A DNA stretch of 64,000 bases from Candidatus Ruminimicrobiellum ovillum (lineage in GTDB: Bacteria > Elusimicrobiota > Endomicrobiia > Endomicrobiales > Endomicrobiaceae): contig DJWX01000011.1 of NCBI GenBank assembly GCA_002448285.1, positions 185,907 to 249,906 of the forward strand, in the 5' to 3' direction. The position numbers and the translations under genes are program-made. A model generated the notes under the pieces. That model was not told the origin of the DNA. It searched no databases and worked only from the letters and a program-made list of their open reading frames with translations. Below are positions 26,350 through 35,496 of this stretch, in pieces. Each line of letters opens with the position of its first letter. The first letter of the stretch is position 1.

Positions 26350-27261
26350 TTAATTCTCCATTTTTATTGTAAATACTGAACCATACTTACTGACTTTTAT
26401 GTTGTTTCCGTTAATTTGCGTTATTTTAAACCCATTATAAACGTCTCCAACATAATAAAATTTACCGCCTATTATAGCCATAGGATGTTGCTTTTCATAC
26501 ATTATACCGTCTATAACTATATTAGGTTTTTCAACTTTTACAGCACCTCCGCCACCGCTTTTAACCGTTTTCTCAGGAACATAAAAATAAAAAGGTGTCT
26601 TTGGAATCGGTTCGAAATCTCTCCATGTTTGAATATAACCAACATCTTTTGCTTTTTCTATTTTATCGGATATTTCTTTAAAATACCCGGCTTTACGAAT
26701 ATCATCTTCTATAAAATCAATCGTATTTCTTCCGCTGAAACAATCGTTTACTTCCGAAGAAAAAAGAATAGGAACGGTTTTTATCTCCACATTTCCTTTG
26801 TAATCCATAACAAGAGACAAAACTTTAGAATACCTTTCCAATTCAAATAAAAATTTACAAATTTGTTTGTATGTCGCTTTTATCTTTAGAGTTATTTCTA
26901 TACTGTTATCTTTTTTTTCTTGAACTATGGAATCATCTTTTCCCATATGAATATCGGTTTCTTTTAACAACTCCAAAATTCTCACTTTATATGCATTTAT
27001 ATTTTGTTCGTTCGAATAAAAAGTGTCTTTATAAATAGAAAAGACTTCCGCTAAAGATTCATCCAACTCATCCATCTTTGTTTGTATGCTGTTAAAATCA
27101 TCCAACTGTGAATTTATATTTGAAAATCTTTCGTATACACTTTTTCTTTCTTTAAATTCTTTATCATAGCTGCCGTAAATATAGTTGTATACCAAGTATG
27201 CTATAAACAAAGAAAACATCAAATTCAATATAAAAATTAAAACTCTTTTACTTTGATTCAT
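26350..27261 (-). CDS. PilO-like protein fused to a PilP/GspC-HR-like C-terminal beta domain
   Basis: One N-terminal TM helix, a coiled coil, a PilO-like core (ITLKIKATYKQICKFLFELERYSKVLSL), and a C-terminal segment IVIDGIMYEKQHPMAIIGGKFYYVGDVYNGFKITQINGNNIKV. Confidence 0.5.
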   Translation of the reverse strand: MNQSKRVLIFILNLMFSLFIAYLVYNYIYGSYDKEFKERKSVYERFSNINSQLDDFNSIQTKMDELDESLAEVFSIYKDTFYSNEQNINAYKVRILELLKETDIHMGKDDSIVQEKKDNSIEITLKIKATYKQICKFLFELERYSKVLSLVMDYKGNVEIKTVPILFSSEVNDCFSGRNTIDFIEDDIRKAGYFKEISDKIEKAKDVGYIQTWRDFEPIPKTPFYFYVPEKTVKSGGGGAVKVEKPNIVIDGIMYEKQHPMAIIGGKFYYVGDVYNGFKITQINGNNIKVSKYGSVFTIKMEN

Positions 27262-27279
27262 AAATTATATCCCCAATAC

Positions 27280-27858
27280 TTAATTTGCTTTTTTTAACCC
27301 TATCTTCAATTTTAGAGCATTAACTTCTCTTTTATAAATATTCTGTTTTTCCATGGTTTCTATTACCATATCATTTTTAATACACTCGCTTTTCTCAAAA
27401 GCAGAATTTAAAATTGGAGCATAATCATAGAAACTGGTTAATTTTTTTACTTTTTCTTTGCTTATAAACCAATCTGAAGTTGCGGCTTCTCCCGCCATAG
27501 AAAGATTTATAATAGAATCTCCCTCGGGCAGGAATGTTCCGAAATCCTTTAAAATAGAGCCGTAATTCGTGCTTCCTTTTATTTGTTCTTTTACAGCCAA
27601 TATTTTATAGTAATAAGTTTCCCACTCTTTTTCTATTTCTATAATACTGTTCTGTGTTCTTTTTTGTTCGATTTTATTCTTTGTATCAATTATTTTTTTG
27701 TTGTAATTTACGGTTTCGAAATGTCTAAAAACCGTAAATAAAAATATCAATATTATTCCTATGTGAACAAAGAAATTTAAAAGTTTTAAAAATCTTACAA
27801 GAGTACTTCCGTATTTTTCTTTTGTAATAACACCTTCTATATAATTAAAGCTATACAT
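27280..27858 (-). CDS. PilN-like bitopic inner-membrane pilus alignment protein
   Basis: Short cytoplasmic N-terminus, a single TM (FFVHIGIILIFLFTVF), a periplasmic coiled coil, and a position between pilM and the pilO-like gene. Confidence 0.5.
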   Translation of the reverse strand: MYSFNYIEGVITKEKYGSTLVRFLKLLNFFVHIGIILIFLFTVFRHFETVNYNKKIIDTKNKIEQKRTQNSIIEIEKEWETYYYKILAVKEQIKGSTNYGSILKDFGTFLPEGDSIINLSMAGEAATSDWFISKEKVKKLTSFYDYAPILNSAFEKSECIKNDMVIETMEKQNIYKREVNALKLKIGLKKAN

Positions 27859-28873
27859 TTGCTTTTTTCTCCTTTTCGAGTGCCAAACCTAAAGCAACAG
27901 GCAAATAAAAACCTTGCGGTTTATTTACATATCCCACAAACTTGTTATTATCCAACGGATTCCATTTTTCGGTAGGAATACCTAAAGTATCCTGAATAAA
28001 ATTATCTATTCCTTCCGTCATAGCTCCTCCGCCGGTAAGCACTATTCTGTCAACGGAAACTATAAATTGTCTTGTTATACAATGTTCTATAGTTCTAAAC
28101 AAAGTTTCTATTAAAGTTGCAACATCTTTTTTCAAAATATTTTTCATGTTAAAATTTATTGTTTGTCTTAAATCTTCTCTTCTCTTTAACTCTTCGGATA
28201 ATTTTTCGGGAATCGAATAAAAGTTTGAAATATCTCTCGTTATATCTTGACCTCCGAAATCTATATCTTTAATAAAAACCAACTCTTTACCGTTCATTGC
28301 AATAACATTTGAAACATTGTAACCGATGTTTATTAAAATAATATTTTCGGAATTCTTATAGTTCGGCCCGAACTCAACAAAAGCATTTGCTAAAGCAAAA
28401 TCTTCCAAAGTAACACTTGAAACGGAAAGTGTATCAATTGTATTTATAAAAGAAAACTTTGCATTAACTTTTTCCATAGGAGCTGCGGAAAAAATAATGC
28501 TGTATTCTTTGTCGGAATTATTTTTTATAACAGAAAAAGAAGAATAAGTTTTACCTAAATCTTCGGAAATTGTGTTAACAACCTCGTTATTAACCTGATC
28601 TTTCAGGTTAATCAACTTATTTCTTTTTAACACAAAATCTCTATTAATTATATCTTTACCGCCAACAGCCAAACATACGGTATCTTCCAAGCAACCTAAT
28701 TTTTTCAAAACGGATGTCAATTTTTCCGTCTTTTCCGTTCCGGAATAGTTTGAAATATCCACTACAGCCGAAACTATCGAATATTCTTTCTTTTTCTTTT
28801 CAGTATTCGTAATTTTACAGATCTTTACAAACTTGCTGCCCAAATCAATGCCTATCAAGATTGTTTCCTCCAA
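27851..28873 (-). CDS. pilM: PilM (actin-like ATPase-fold pilus assembly protein)
   Basis: IGIDLGSKFVKI, NIGYNVSNVI, and IVLTGGGAMTEGIDNFIQDTLGIP motifs. Confidence 0.8.
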   Translation of the reverse strand: MEETILIGIDLGSKFVKICKITNTEKKKKEYSIVSAVVDISNYSGTEKTEKLTSVLKKLGCLEDTVCLAVGGKDIINRDFVLKRNKLINLKDQVNNEVVNTISEDLGKTYSSFSVIKNNSDKEYSIIFSAAPMEKVNAKFSFINTIDTLSVSSVTLEDFALANAFVEFGPNYKNSENIILINIGYNVSNVIAMNGKELVFIKDIDFGGQDITRDISNFYSIPEKLSEELKRREDLRQTINFNMKNILKKDVATLIETLFRTIEHCITRQFIVSVDRIVLTGGGAMTEGIDNFIQDTLGIPTEKWNPLDNNKFVGYVNKPQGFYLPVALGLALEKEKKANV

Positions 28874-29547
28874 CCTAACATTCTTATATCATTTCTAAGT
28901 CTTGTATTACCACCTGCAGTTGGGGCATCCTTAAATTGTGTTGTTTCAAAATAATATATCACTGTTGACTCTATTCTACTTCCGTTTGCAACACTAACAT
29001 CCGCCCAAGCAGTACCAACAATTTTATATGTTTGTCGAGGATTGGTTTCCGTTGGATTATAAGTATGAGCAATAATACCATTTTCAGTTGAAGGAGGAGG
29101 ATTCAAAAATTCACAATAAACTGAAGCATGTATATGCGGATACATACTACTATCAATAACTTCGGGAACTCCACCACCATAAGCAATTGAAAAAAGAGAA
29201 CCATCATTAAAAAGAGACCATTGCCCACCAACAGTATTGGCCACCGCAGAAAACAAATATCCCTGTCCTCTAAATGGTAAAACACCTAAATCACCGAAAT
29301 TACCATCTGGATCATGAGCTGTTTCCGGAAACTGTGCCATATTTCTCTCCACAACAAAATCAATATAACCTCTTGCTCTTTCTACTATTGCCTCTGCAGC
29401 ATAATCCACTCTTATTTTCGTCTGATCATATGTATCCATAACACCTTGAGAAGAAACCATTTGCAAGGTTATATAGCCTATGATGGTCAATATCATCATA
29501 GACACAATTGTTATTAAAAGAATAGCTCCTTTATTATTTTTTATCAT
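28855..29547 (-). CDS. PilX-N / GspK-like pseudopilin (no Glu5)
   Basis: MIKNNKG-AILLITIVSMMILTIIGYITLQ hydrophobic N-terminus without the FTLxE signature, as seen in PilX_N/GspK proteins. Confidence 0.5.
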   Translation of the reverse strand: MIKNNKGAILLITIVSMMILTIIGYITLQMVSSQGVMDTYDQTKIRVDYAAEAIVERARGYIDFVVERNMAQFPETAHDPDGNFGDLGVLPFRGQGYLFSAVANTVGGQWSLFNDGSLFSIAYGGGVPEVIDSSMYPHIHASVYCEFLNPPPSTENGIIAHTYNPTETNPRQTYKIVGTAWADVSVANGSRIESTVIYYFETTQFKDAPTAGGNTRLRNDIRMLGWRKQS

Positions 29548-30182
29548 AATTCAACAGGACTCCCATTTTTTAAAATAATTCCATCCTGATTCCTCATCGT
29601 AAAACAAAAAGTTCTGTTTTGTCTTTTTGTAACACCGGGAACAACAGAATCTTCATAAACAATTCCTATCATTATATTTCCTAAATGATTACCTGCCCCC
29701 ATTTTATTCGGTCTATAAAAAAAAGCTCTCACATTATTCAGCACTAATATATCCGGTGATGATGATTCTGAAGTCCCCTCAGGCACACTTCTTAGATGCA
29801 ACTCTCTAGGAGCAAACATATTACTATTTCCGATATTAGAAGGATACGCATCAAAATGAGAACCATATTGTTCTATAAACTTGGCATCAGACGCAGGGCT
29901 AAAAGTATAAGTATCGATAACCTGTCTATTAAGATGTGTATCGTATCTTTCACATGTAATTTTGCCCTCTTCTATATTAATTCTATTTGATTCCGTTATA
30001 GATTTTTTTAATATCTCTTCAAAAAATTGTACATTGTTAAAATTTTTAGCCGTCTTACTTGTTTTAGAAAACATCTTATATGCGGATATTGTCATTGTAT
30101 ACGAAAAAAAGATAACAATAGCCGATAACAAAATAGCTACCATCATTTCAACTAAAGTAAAACCTTTTTTTATAAAAAACAT
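29544..30182 (-). CDS. Minor (pseudo)pilin with a prepilin-type N-terminal methylation motif
   Basis: MFFIKKG|FTLVEMMVAILLSAIVIFF. Confidence 0.75.
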   Translation of the reverse strand: MFFIKKGFTLVEMMVAILLSAIVIFFSYTMTISAYKMFSKTSKTAKNFNNVQFFEEILKKSITESNRINIEEGKITCERYDTHLNRQVIDTYTFSPASDAKFIEQYGSHFDAYPSNIGNSNMFAPRELHLRSVPEGTSESSSPDILVLNNVRAFFYRPNKMGAGNHLGNIMIGIVYEDSVVPGVTKRQNRTFCFTMRNQDGIILKNGSPVEL

Positions 30183-30195
30183 TAAAAAACCTCGC

Positions 30196-30705
30196 TTATT
30201 CCCATCTCTGAGAAATATACGTTACCAAAATTATTCTGTTTTTCTCAGCTAGCAATGCATTTGGAAAAGATGTTTCTCCATTATTCCACGGCCACGATGC
30301 TTCACATACAATTTGAGTACCCACATGATGTGTGATACCATCGGATGTTGTTCTATTATCCGGATGCACATGACAAGTATAATGAACTTTACAATCATCC
30401 CTAAGTATTTTATCAACTTTAAAATCATAAGTTGTTCGATCGGTAGTTCCTTGATTGATTGTAGATTTTGCAGTAGGATAAAAATTATTATCCTCTACCG
30501 TAGGATAATCACCGCCACCCTTAACCATTTCCATTTTTCTTACCAAATCGTGTAAAACGAAACTATAATCTTTGCTATCTTGTGCATGTTTATATGCAGA
30601 AGAAAAAAAAGATAAGCCATACACACTCACAATACCGATAATTATAACCGCTACCAAAACTTCTACTATGGTTGTTCCTTTTTGTTTTTTTAAATTAGAC
30701 ACCAT
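30196..30705 (-). CDS. Minor (pseudo)pilin with a prepilin-type N-terminal motif, Cys/His-rich globular domain
   Basis: MVSNLKKQKG|TTIVEVLVAVIIIGIV. Start moved to Met15, which has a GAGGA RBS 7 nt upstream. Confidence 0.7.
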   Translation of the reverse strand: MVSNLKKQKGTTIVEVLVAVIIIGIVSVYGLSFFSSAYKHAQDSKDYSFVLHDLVRKMEMVKGGGDYPTVEDNNFYPTAKSTINQGTTDRTTYDFKVDKILRDDCKVHYTCHVHPDNRTTSDGITHHVGTQIVCEASWPWNNGETSFPNALLAEKNRIILVTYISQRWE

Positions 30706-30715
30706 ATTTAATTCC

Positions 30716-31153
30716 TCAACCCAAATTTTCTTCATACACAATATCATCGGAACTTAATTTATAAGTGCCGACAATAGTAACCCCTCTTAAATCAACATCT
30801 CCATCCACAGGATAAACCGTTACAACAACGCCCTCTCTATTTGTTGCTCCGGACGAATTTTTGATCCTAGCTATATTAAATCTCTTAAAGTACTTATTTT
30901 GTCTGGCATCAATTTTTAATTCTTGAGAAAACTCAAGTTTTTTACCGGAAGCAGTTATAAAAAAGTCTGAATTTTGAACTCTATAAATTTTTTCCTGTGC
31001 AACTATTTTATCAATTAAAGCTCTTCCCTCATTAGCCATTGCTACTTTCATATGTCCCTTACCTGTAAAAAACCATGCGGAAGCCAAAATACCAATGATA
31101 ACCACAACAATCATAACTTCAATAAAAGTAAAACCTTTTACATTCGATTTCAT
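30716..31153 (-). CDS. Major pilin / GspG-like pseudopilin (no cysteines)
   Basis: MKSNVKG|FTFIEVMIVVVIIGILASA. It is the first pilin gene after the platform gene. The start could instead be at 31177. Confidence 0.75.
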   Translation of the reverse strand: MKSNVKGFTFIEVMIVVVIIGILASAWFFTGKGHMKVAMANEGRALIDKIVAQEKIYRVQNSDFFITASGKKLEFSQELKIDARQNKYFKRFNIARIKNSSGATNREGVVVTVYPVDGDVDLRGVTIVGTYKLSSDDIVYEENLG

Positions 31154-31169
31154 AAAATTTTTACCCTTT

Positions 31170-32411
31170 TTAAACATTTTGGTTTACCATAGCATTTGCC
31201 ATATTAAATATAGGTAAATACAATGCTATAACACATATACCCACCATAAAACCCAAACCAACAATCAATACAGGTTCTATAATGGCACTTATACTTGCAA
31301 CAGCAGCATCAACTTCATCTTGGTAGTAATCCGTAATCTTCAAAAACATTTCTTCCATTTGACCGGTTTTTTCACCTACGGCAGTCATTCTAACGACCAT
31401 TTTAGGAAACAAAATATGCTTATCCATTTCAGCCGAGAAGAAATTTCCGCCGACTATTGCGGTTCTTATATCTTCCAATATAGACCTTAAGTATGTATTA
31501 TTTACCGTATTTGCCGCAATTTGTATTGAAGAAACAATATCGACACCGCTCTTTATAAGCGTAGACAAAGTTTGAAAGAAATTCGCAAAAACCATTTTTG
31601 TATATATCGGAGAAAATTTTGGAATTTTGAAAAACAATTTATGCCACTGTTTCAATCCTTCCGGATTTTTAGTCCATATTCTAAATGCTATATAAGCCAA
31701 TACGCCGAGTGCCACAATGTATAAAATTCTATCCACCACGAAATGACTTACATCAATAACAACTTGAGTTGCCCAAGGCAATTCCGCTCCAAAAGAAGCA
31801 AACATTTCTTCGAATTTCGGTATTAAAACAAAAACTATACCGCAAAAAACTATAAGGAAAAAGCTGCCTACAAACATAGGATACGATGCGGCAGATTTAA
31901 TTTTTCTTCTTAATTTAACTGAATTTTCAATATGTGTAGCCAAATCGGATAAAACTTTAGCCAATTTACCTGATTTTTCACCTACGGCAACCATTGAAAC
32001 GAAAGTGTTATCGAATATTTTAGGATATTTTGCAAGAGCATCAGAGAAATTGCTTCCGCCTCTTACATCTTCGGATATTTTTAATAAAACGCTGCTGAAA
32101 TATGCGTTTTGAACCATAACGGCAACATCGGACACGGCTTCCAACACATTAACACCGGCATTAACCAATGTAGACAACTGTCTGGCAACAACCGCCAATT
32201 CCGACAAAGAAACTTTTGTACTTGAGGTACTCTTTTTTAACTTTGCATCCAAGTCTGCAAGGAAACCGCCGAAAGCACTTTGCGACAAAGATATTTGAGA
32301 AAAGCCTTTCATTCTCAACTCGGAAAGAGCCGCATTTTCCGAGGATGCGACAACGGACCCCGAAACTTTTAACCCCAAAGAATTATTAGCTTTATATTTA
32401 AATTTAGGCAT
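31170..32411 (-). CDS. pilC: PilC/GspF platform protein
   Basis: Two T2SSF repeats (...VAVGEKSGKLAKVLSDLA... and ...TAVGEKTGQMEEMFLKI...) and three TM segments. Confidence 0.9.
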   Translation of the reverse strand: MPKFKYKANNSLGLKVSGSVVASSENAALSELRMKGFSQISLSQSAFGGFLADLDAKLKKSTSSTKVSLSELAVVARQLSTLVNAGVNVLEAVSDVAVMVQNAYFSSVLLKISEDVRGGSNFSDALAKYPKIFDNTFVSMVAVGEKSGKLAKVLSDLATHIENSVKLRRKIKSAASYPMFVGSFFLIVFCGIVFVLIPKFEEMFASFGAELPWATQVVIDVSHFVVDRILYIVALGVLAYIAFRIWTKNPEGLKQWHKLFFKIPKFSPIYTKMVFANFFQTLSTLIKSGVDIVSSIQIAANTVNNTYLRSILEDIRTAIVGGNFFSAEMDKHILFPKMVVRMTAVGEKTGQMEEMFLKITDYYQDEVDAAVASISAIIEPVLIVGLGFMVGICVIALYLPIFNMANAMVNQNV

Positions 32412-32430
32412 TTACAAAACACCTCACAAA

Positions 32431-34116
32431 TTATTTTTCTGCCATACTCACATTAAATACTTCTTCTACCGTTGTTCTTCCTTCCAATAATTTAGCAATA
32501 GCGGCTTTTCTTAAAGAAATAATTCCCTGCTTTGCAGCTAAATCTCTTAATTCAACATCGGTAGCACCTCTGGCAATAGCATCTTTCAAATCTTTTGTAA
32601 TTCTTAACATTTCAAATATTGCCGTTCTTCCTTTGTAACCGGTATTGTCACAGAACTTACAACCTTGTCCTTCATAAACTTTACAAGACTTATCAAGTTC
32701 CAACTTTTGATATATCTCATCCGGAAGAGTTACCTCTTTTTTACAATTAGGGCAAATTGTTCTAACCAATCTTTGCGCTATAATCAAATTCAAAGCATCC
32801 GCCATCAGGTAAGATTCAACACCCATAAAAGCCATTCTCGAAATTGTACTTACCGTATCGTTGGTATGCAAAGTTGAAAATACAAGATGTCCCGTCAATG
32901 CGGCCTGAATTGCTATTTGTGCCGTTTCGGTATCTCTGATTTCTCCTACGAGTATAACATCAGGGTCTTGTCTCATAAAGGTTCTTAAAATTCTTGCAAA
33001 GTCCAAACCTATATCCGCTCTGACATGGCACTGATTAATTCCCTTCAACTCATATTCCACAGGATCTTCCGCAGTCATAATGTTAATATCTGCCGTATTT
33101 ATATGCCCTAAAGCGGAATAAAGAGTTGTAGTTTTACCGCTTGATGTAGGACCGGTAACAAGTATCATTCCGTATGGAGCCGTGATTGCTTCTTTAAAGA
33201 ACGCTAATTCCTGAGGGCTAAACCCTACTCTTTCTATGTCCAAACCAAACACGTTTTTAGCAAGGACTCTCAGTACTATCTTTTCACCCCATATAGTCGG
33301 TATTATCGAGACTCTTATATCTATCTTCTGATCTGAAATTTTTATTCTGCATTTACCGTCTTGCGGCAATCTTCTTTCGGCTATATCGAGATCCGACATA
33401 ATTTTTATTCTGGAAACAATAGCCGGATAATATTTTTTAGAAGGAGCAGGCATCTGTTGCAAGATACCGTCTATTCTCATTCTCAAATAAATTTCTTTTT
33501 CGAACGGTTCCAAATGAATATCACTGGCTTTCTTGGTTATCGCATCAAAGAAAATCGAATTCACATACTTAATAACCGGAGCCGAATCCGACTCTTCAAT
33601 ATCATCGGTTAATTCTTCTTCCTCTTCAGCCTCTTGTATTTCATTTTCGCCGATTTCTTTACTTAAAGAACTTCTTACATAAAATCTTTCTATGAAAGAT
33701 AAAATATCTTTTTCGGATGCCAAGATTACCGAAAGTTTCTTATTGGTAATTCTTGCAAGCTCATCCTTATAAACAACATTCGCGGGATCAGCCATCGCAA
33801 CTACAAGCATATCTCCGTTAAGTTCCAAAGGAACAGCACAATATTTTCTTGCTATTTTTTCTTGAATTAAATCAAGAACTCTTTGTTCTACATCAACTTC
33901 CGACAACTCGCGATATTCAACACCTAAGGCTACCGCCAAACATTCCAATAATTGCGGTTCGGAAATATATTGTTTTTCTAAAAGAATACTTCCGATTTTC
34001 TTCTTTTTTTCTAAGGACTCTTTCAAACACTCCGACAACTGCTCTTTTGTGACATACTGCTTACTTAAAAGGACTTCTCCAAGATACTTTTTTCGTAAAA
34101 CTTCTAATACCATCAA
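32431..34116 (-). CDS. pilB: PilB/GspE assembly ATPase
   Basis: Walker A GPTSSGKTT, Asp/His boxes, and a tetracysteine motif CPNCKKE...CKFCDNTGYKGR. The N-terminus is a T2SSE_N/MshEN-like domain. Confidence 0.92.
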   Translation of the reverse strand: MMVLEVLRKKYLGEVLLSKQYVTKEQLSECLKESLEKKKKIGSILLEKQYISEPQLLECLAVALGVEYRELSEVDVEQRVLDLIQEKIARKYCAVPLELNGDMLVVAMADPANVVYKDELARITNKKLSVILASEKDILSFIERFYVRSSLSKEIGENEIQEAEEEEELTDDIEESDSAPVIKYVNSIFFDAITKKASDIHLEPFEKEIYLRMRIDGILQQMPAPSKKYYPAIVSRIKIMSDLDIAERRLPQDGKCRIKISDQKIDIRVSIIPTIWGEKIVLRVLAKNVFGLDIERVGFSPQELAFFKEAITAPYGMILVTGPTSSGKTTTLYSALGHINTADINIMTAEDPVEYELKGINQCHVRADIGLDFARILRTFMRQDPDVILVGEIRDTETAQIAIQAALTGHLVFSTLHTNDTVSTISRMAFMGVESYLMADALNLIIAQRLVRTICPNCKKEVTLPDEIYQKLELDKSCKVYEGQGCKFCDNTGYKGRTAIFEMLRITKDLKDAIARGATDVELRDLAAKQGIISLRKAAIAKLLEGRTTVEEVFNVSMAEK

Positions 34117-34175
34117 AAACTCCTTTTATATACACATATGAAAAGTTGATTTTCACAACTTTTTCACACTTTAAA

Positions 34176-34204
34176 ATTATAGAAGAATATATCAATTTTG
34201 TCAA
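34176..34204 (-). promoter_or_regulatory. Consensus sigma-70 promoter of the pilB operon
   Basis: Minus strand reads TTGACA-17 nt-TATAAT (-35 at 34199-34204, -10 at 34176-34181). A 9-bp leader hairpin gaaaagttg/caacttttc follows. Confidence 0.75.
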
Positions 34205-34226
34205 TGATTTTCATTCAAATAACAAC

Positions 34227-35411
34227 TTAATCCCTAAAAAACAAATCTCTTGTATAAACTTTATTTTTTACATCTTCAAGCTCACTATTGTAACGATTTG
34301 CTATTATAACATCGGAAACTTGTTTAAATGTATTTATATTCTTAACAACTACCGAATTTAAAAATATCTTTTCCCTGATTGTAGGTTCATATACCACAAT
34401 ATCAATGTTTTTTGCTTTTAATCTTTTGATTATACCCTGAATCGAACTTTGTCTGAAATTATCGGAACCTGTTTTCATGGTTAAGCGATAAATCCCGACG
34501 GTTTTTGGCTTTTTAGAAGCAATCTGTTCGGCAATGAAATCTTTCCTTGTCTTATTGGAATCTACTATAGCGGAAATTATATTTTGCGGAACATTTTTGT
34601 AATTTGCAAGCAATTGTTTTGTATCTTTCGGTAAACAGTATCCGCCATATCCAAACGACGGATTATTGTAGTGGCTGCCTATCCTCGGATCTAAACATAT
34701 ACCGTCAATAATGGCTTTTGAATTAAGACCTTTAAGTTCGGCATAAGTATCAAGTTCATTAAAGAAACTTACTCTTAACGCCAAATACGTATTGGCAAAC
34801 AACTTCACGGATTCAGCCTCCGTAGCAGACATAAATTGTACATTGATATTTTCTTTAATTGCCGCCTGTTTTAATAAATTTACGAACTGTTCCGCTTTAC
34901 TTAGAATATTTTTGTTATTTAAATCGGTTCCTATCACTATACGGCTCGGATACAAATTATCGTAAAGAGCTTTACCCTCTCTTAAAAATTCGGGACTGAA
35001 CAAAATATTATCGGTAGCAAAATTTTCTTTTGCTTTTTGTGTAAAACCTATAGGTATTGTGGATTTTATAACTATAACGGCATTCGGATTAATGTCCGTT
35101 ACTTGCTTTATTACTTTTTCTACCGACGATGTATCAAAAAAGTTTTTTTTCTCATCATAATTTGTTGGCGTGGCAACAACGACAAAATCGGCATTTTTAT
35201 ATGCTGTTCGAGCATCGGTAGTTGCAACTAAATTTAACTCTTTGTTTGTCAAAAAATCTTCTATTTCTTTATCTTTAATGGGAGATTTTTTATTATTTAT
35301 ATCGTTTACTCTTTCATCAAGAATATCAACAGCAATAACTTCGTTTTTTTGAGCCAACAATACAGCAAGCGATAAACCCACATATCCTATTCCGGCAACA
35401 GTAATTTTCAT
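34227..35411 (-). CDS. ugd: UDP-glucose 6-dehydrogenase
   Basis: [14 protein letters not shown] Rossmann N-terminus and catalytic [10 protein letters not shown]. Start moved to Met5, with a GGAG RBS. Confidence 0.9.
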   Translation of the reverse strand: MKITVAGIGYVGLSLAVLLAQKNEVIAVDILDERVNDINNKKSPIKDKEIEDFLTNKELNLVATTDARTAYKNADFVVVATPTNYDEKKNFFDTSSVEKVIKQVTDINPNAVIVIKSTIPIGFTQKAKENFATDNILFSPEFLREGKALYDNLYPSRIVIGTDLNNKNILSKAEQFVNLLKQAAIKENINVQFMSATEAESVKLFANTYLALRVSFFNELDTYAELKGLNSKAIIDGICLDPRIGSHYNNPSFGYGGYCLPKDTKQLLANYKNVPQNIISAIVDSNKTRKDFIAEQIASKKPKTVGIYRLTMKTGSDNFRQSSIQGIIKRLKAKNIDIVVYEPTIREKIFLNSVVVKNINTFKQVSDVIIANRYNSELEDVKNKVYTRDLFFRD

Positions 35412-35442
35412 TGATTTCTCCAAAATGTGTATAATTGGCGAT

Positions 35443-35471
35443 ATTATACATTAAATTTACCGATATAACAA
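35443..35471 (-). promoter_or_regulatory. Candidate promoter for ugd
   Basis: Minus strand reads TTGTTA-17 nt-TATAAT. Confidence 0.4.
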
Positions 35472-35496
35472 GAATACAAGCAGTAAGAAATATCAA

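Noticed and set aside
34117-35496. I considered whether ugd is a functional component of either pilus system.
   Set aside because: There is no direct evidence. ugd has its own candidate promoter, and the pilB operon has a separate consensus promoter. The adjacency is noted only as context in the supercluster finding.
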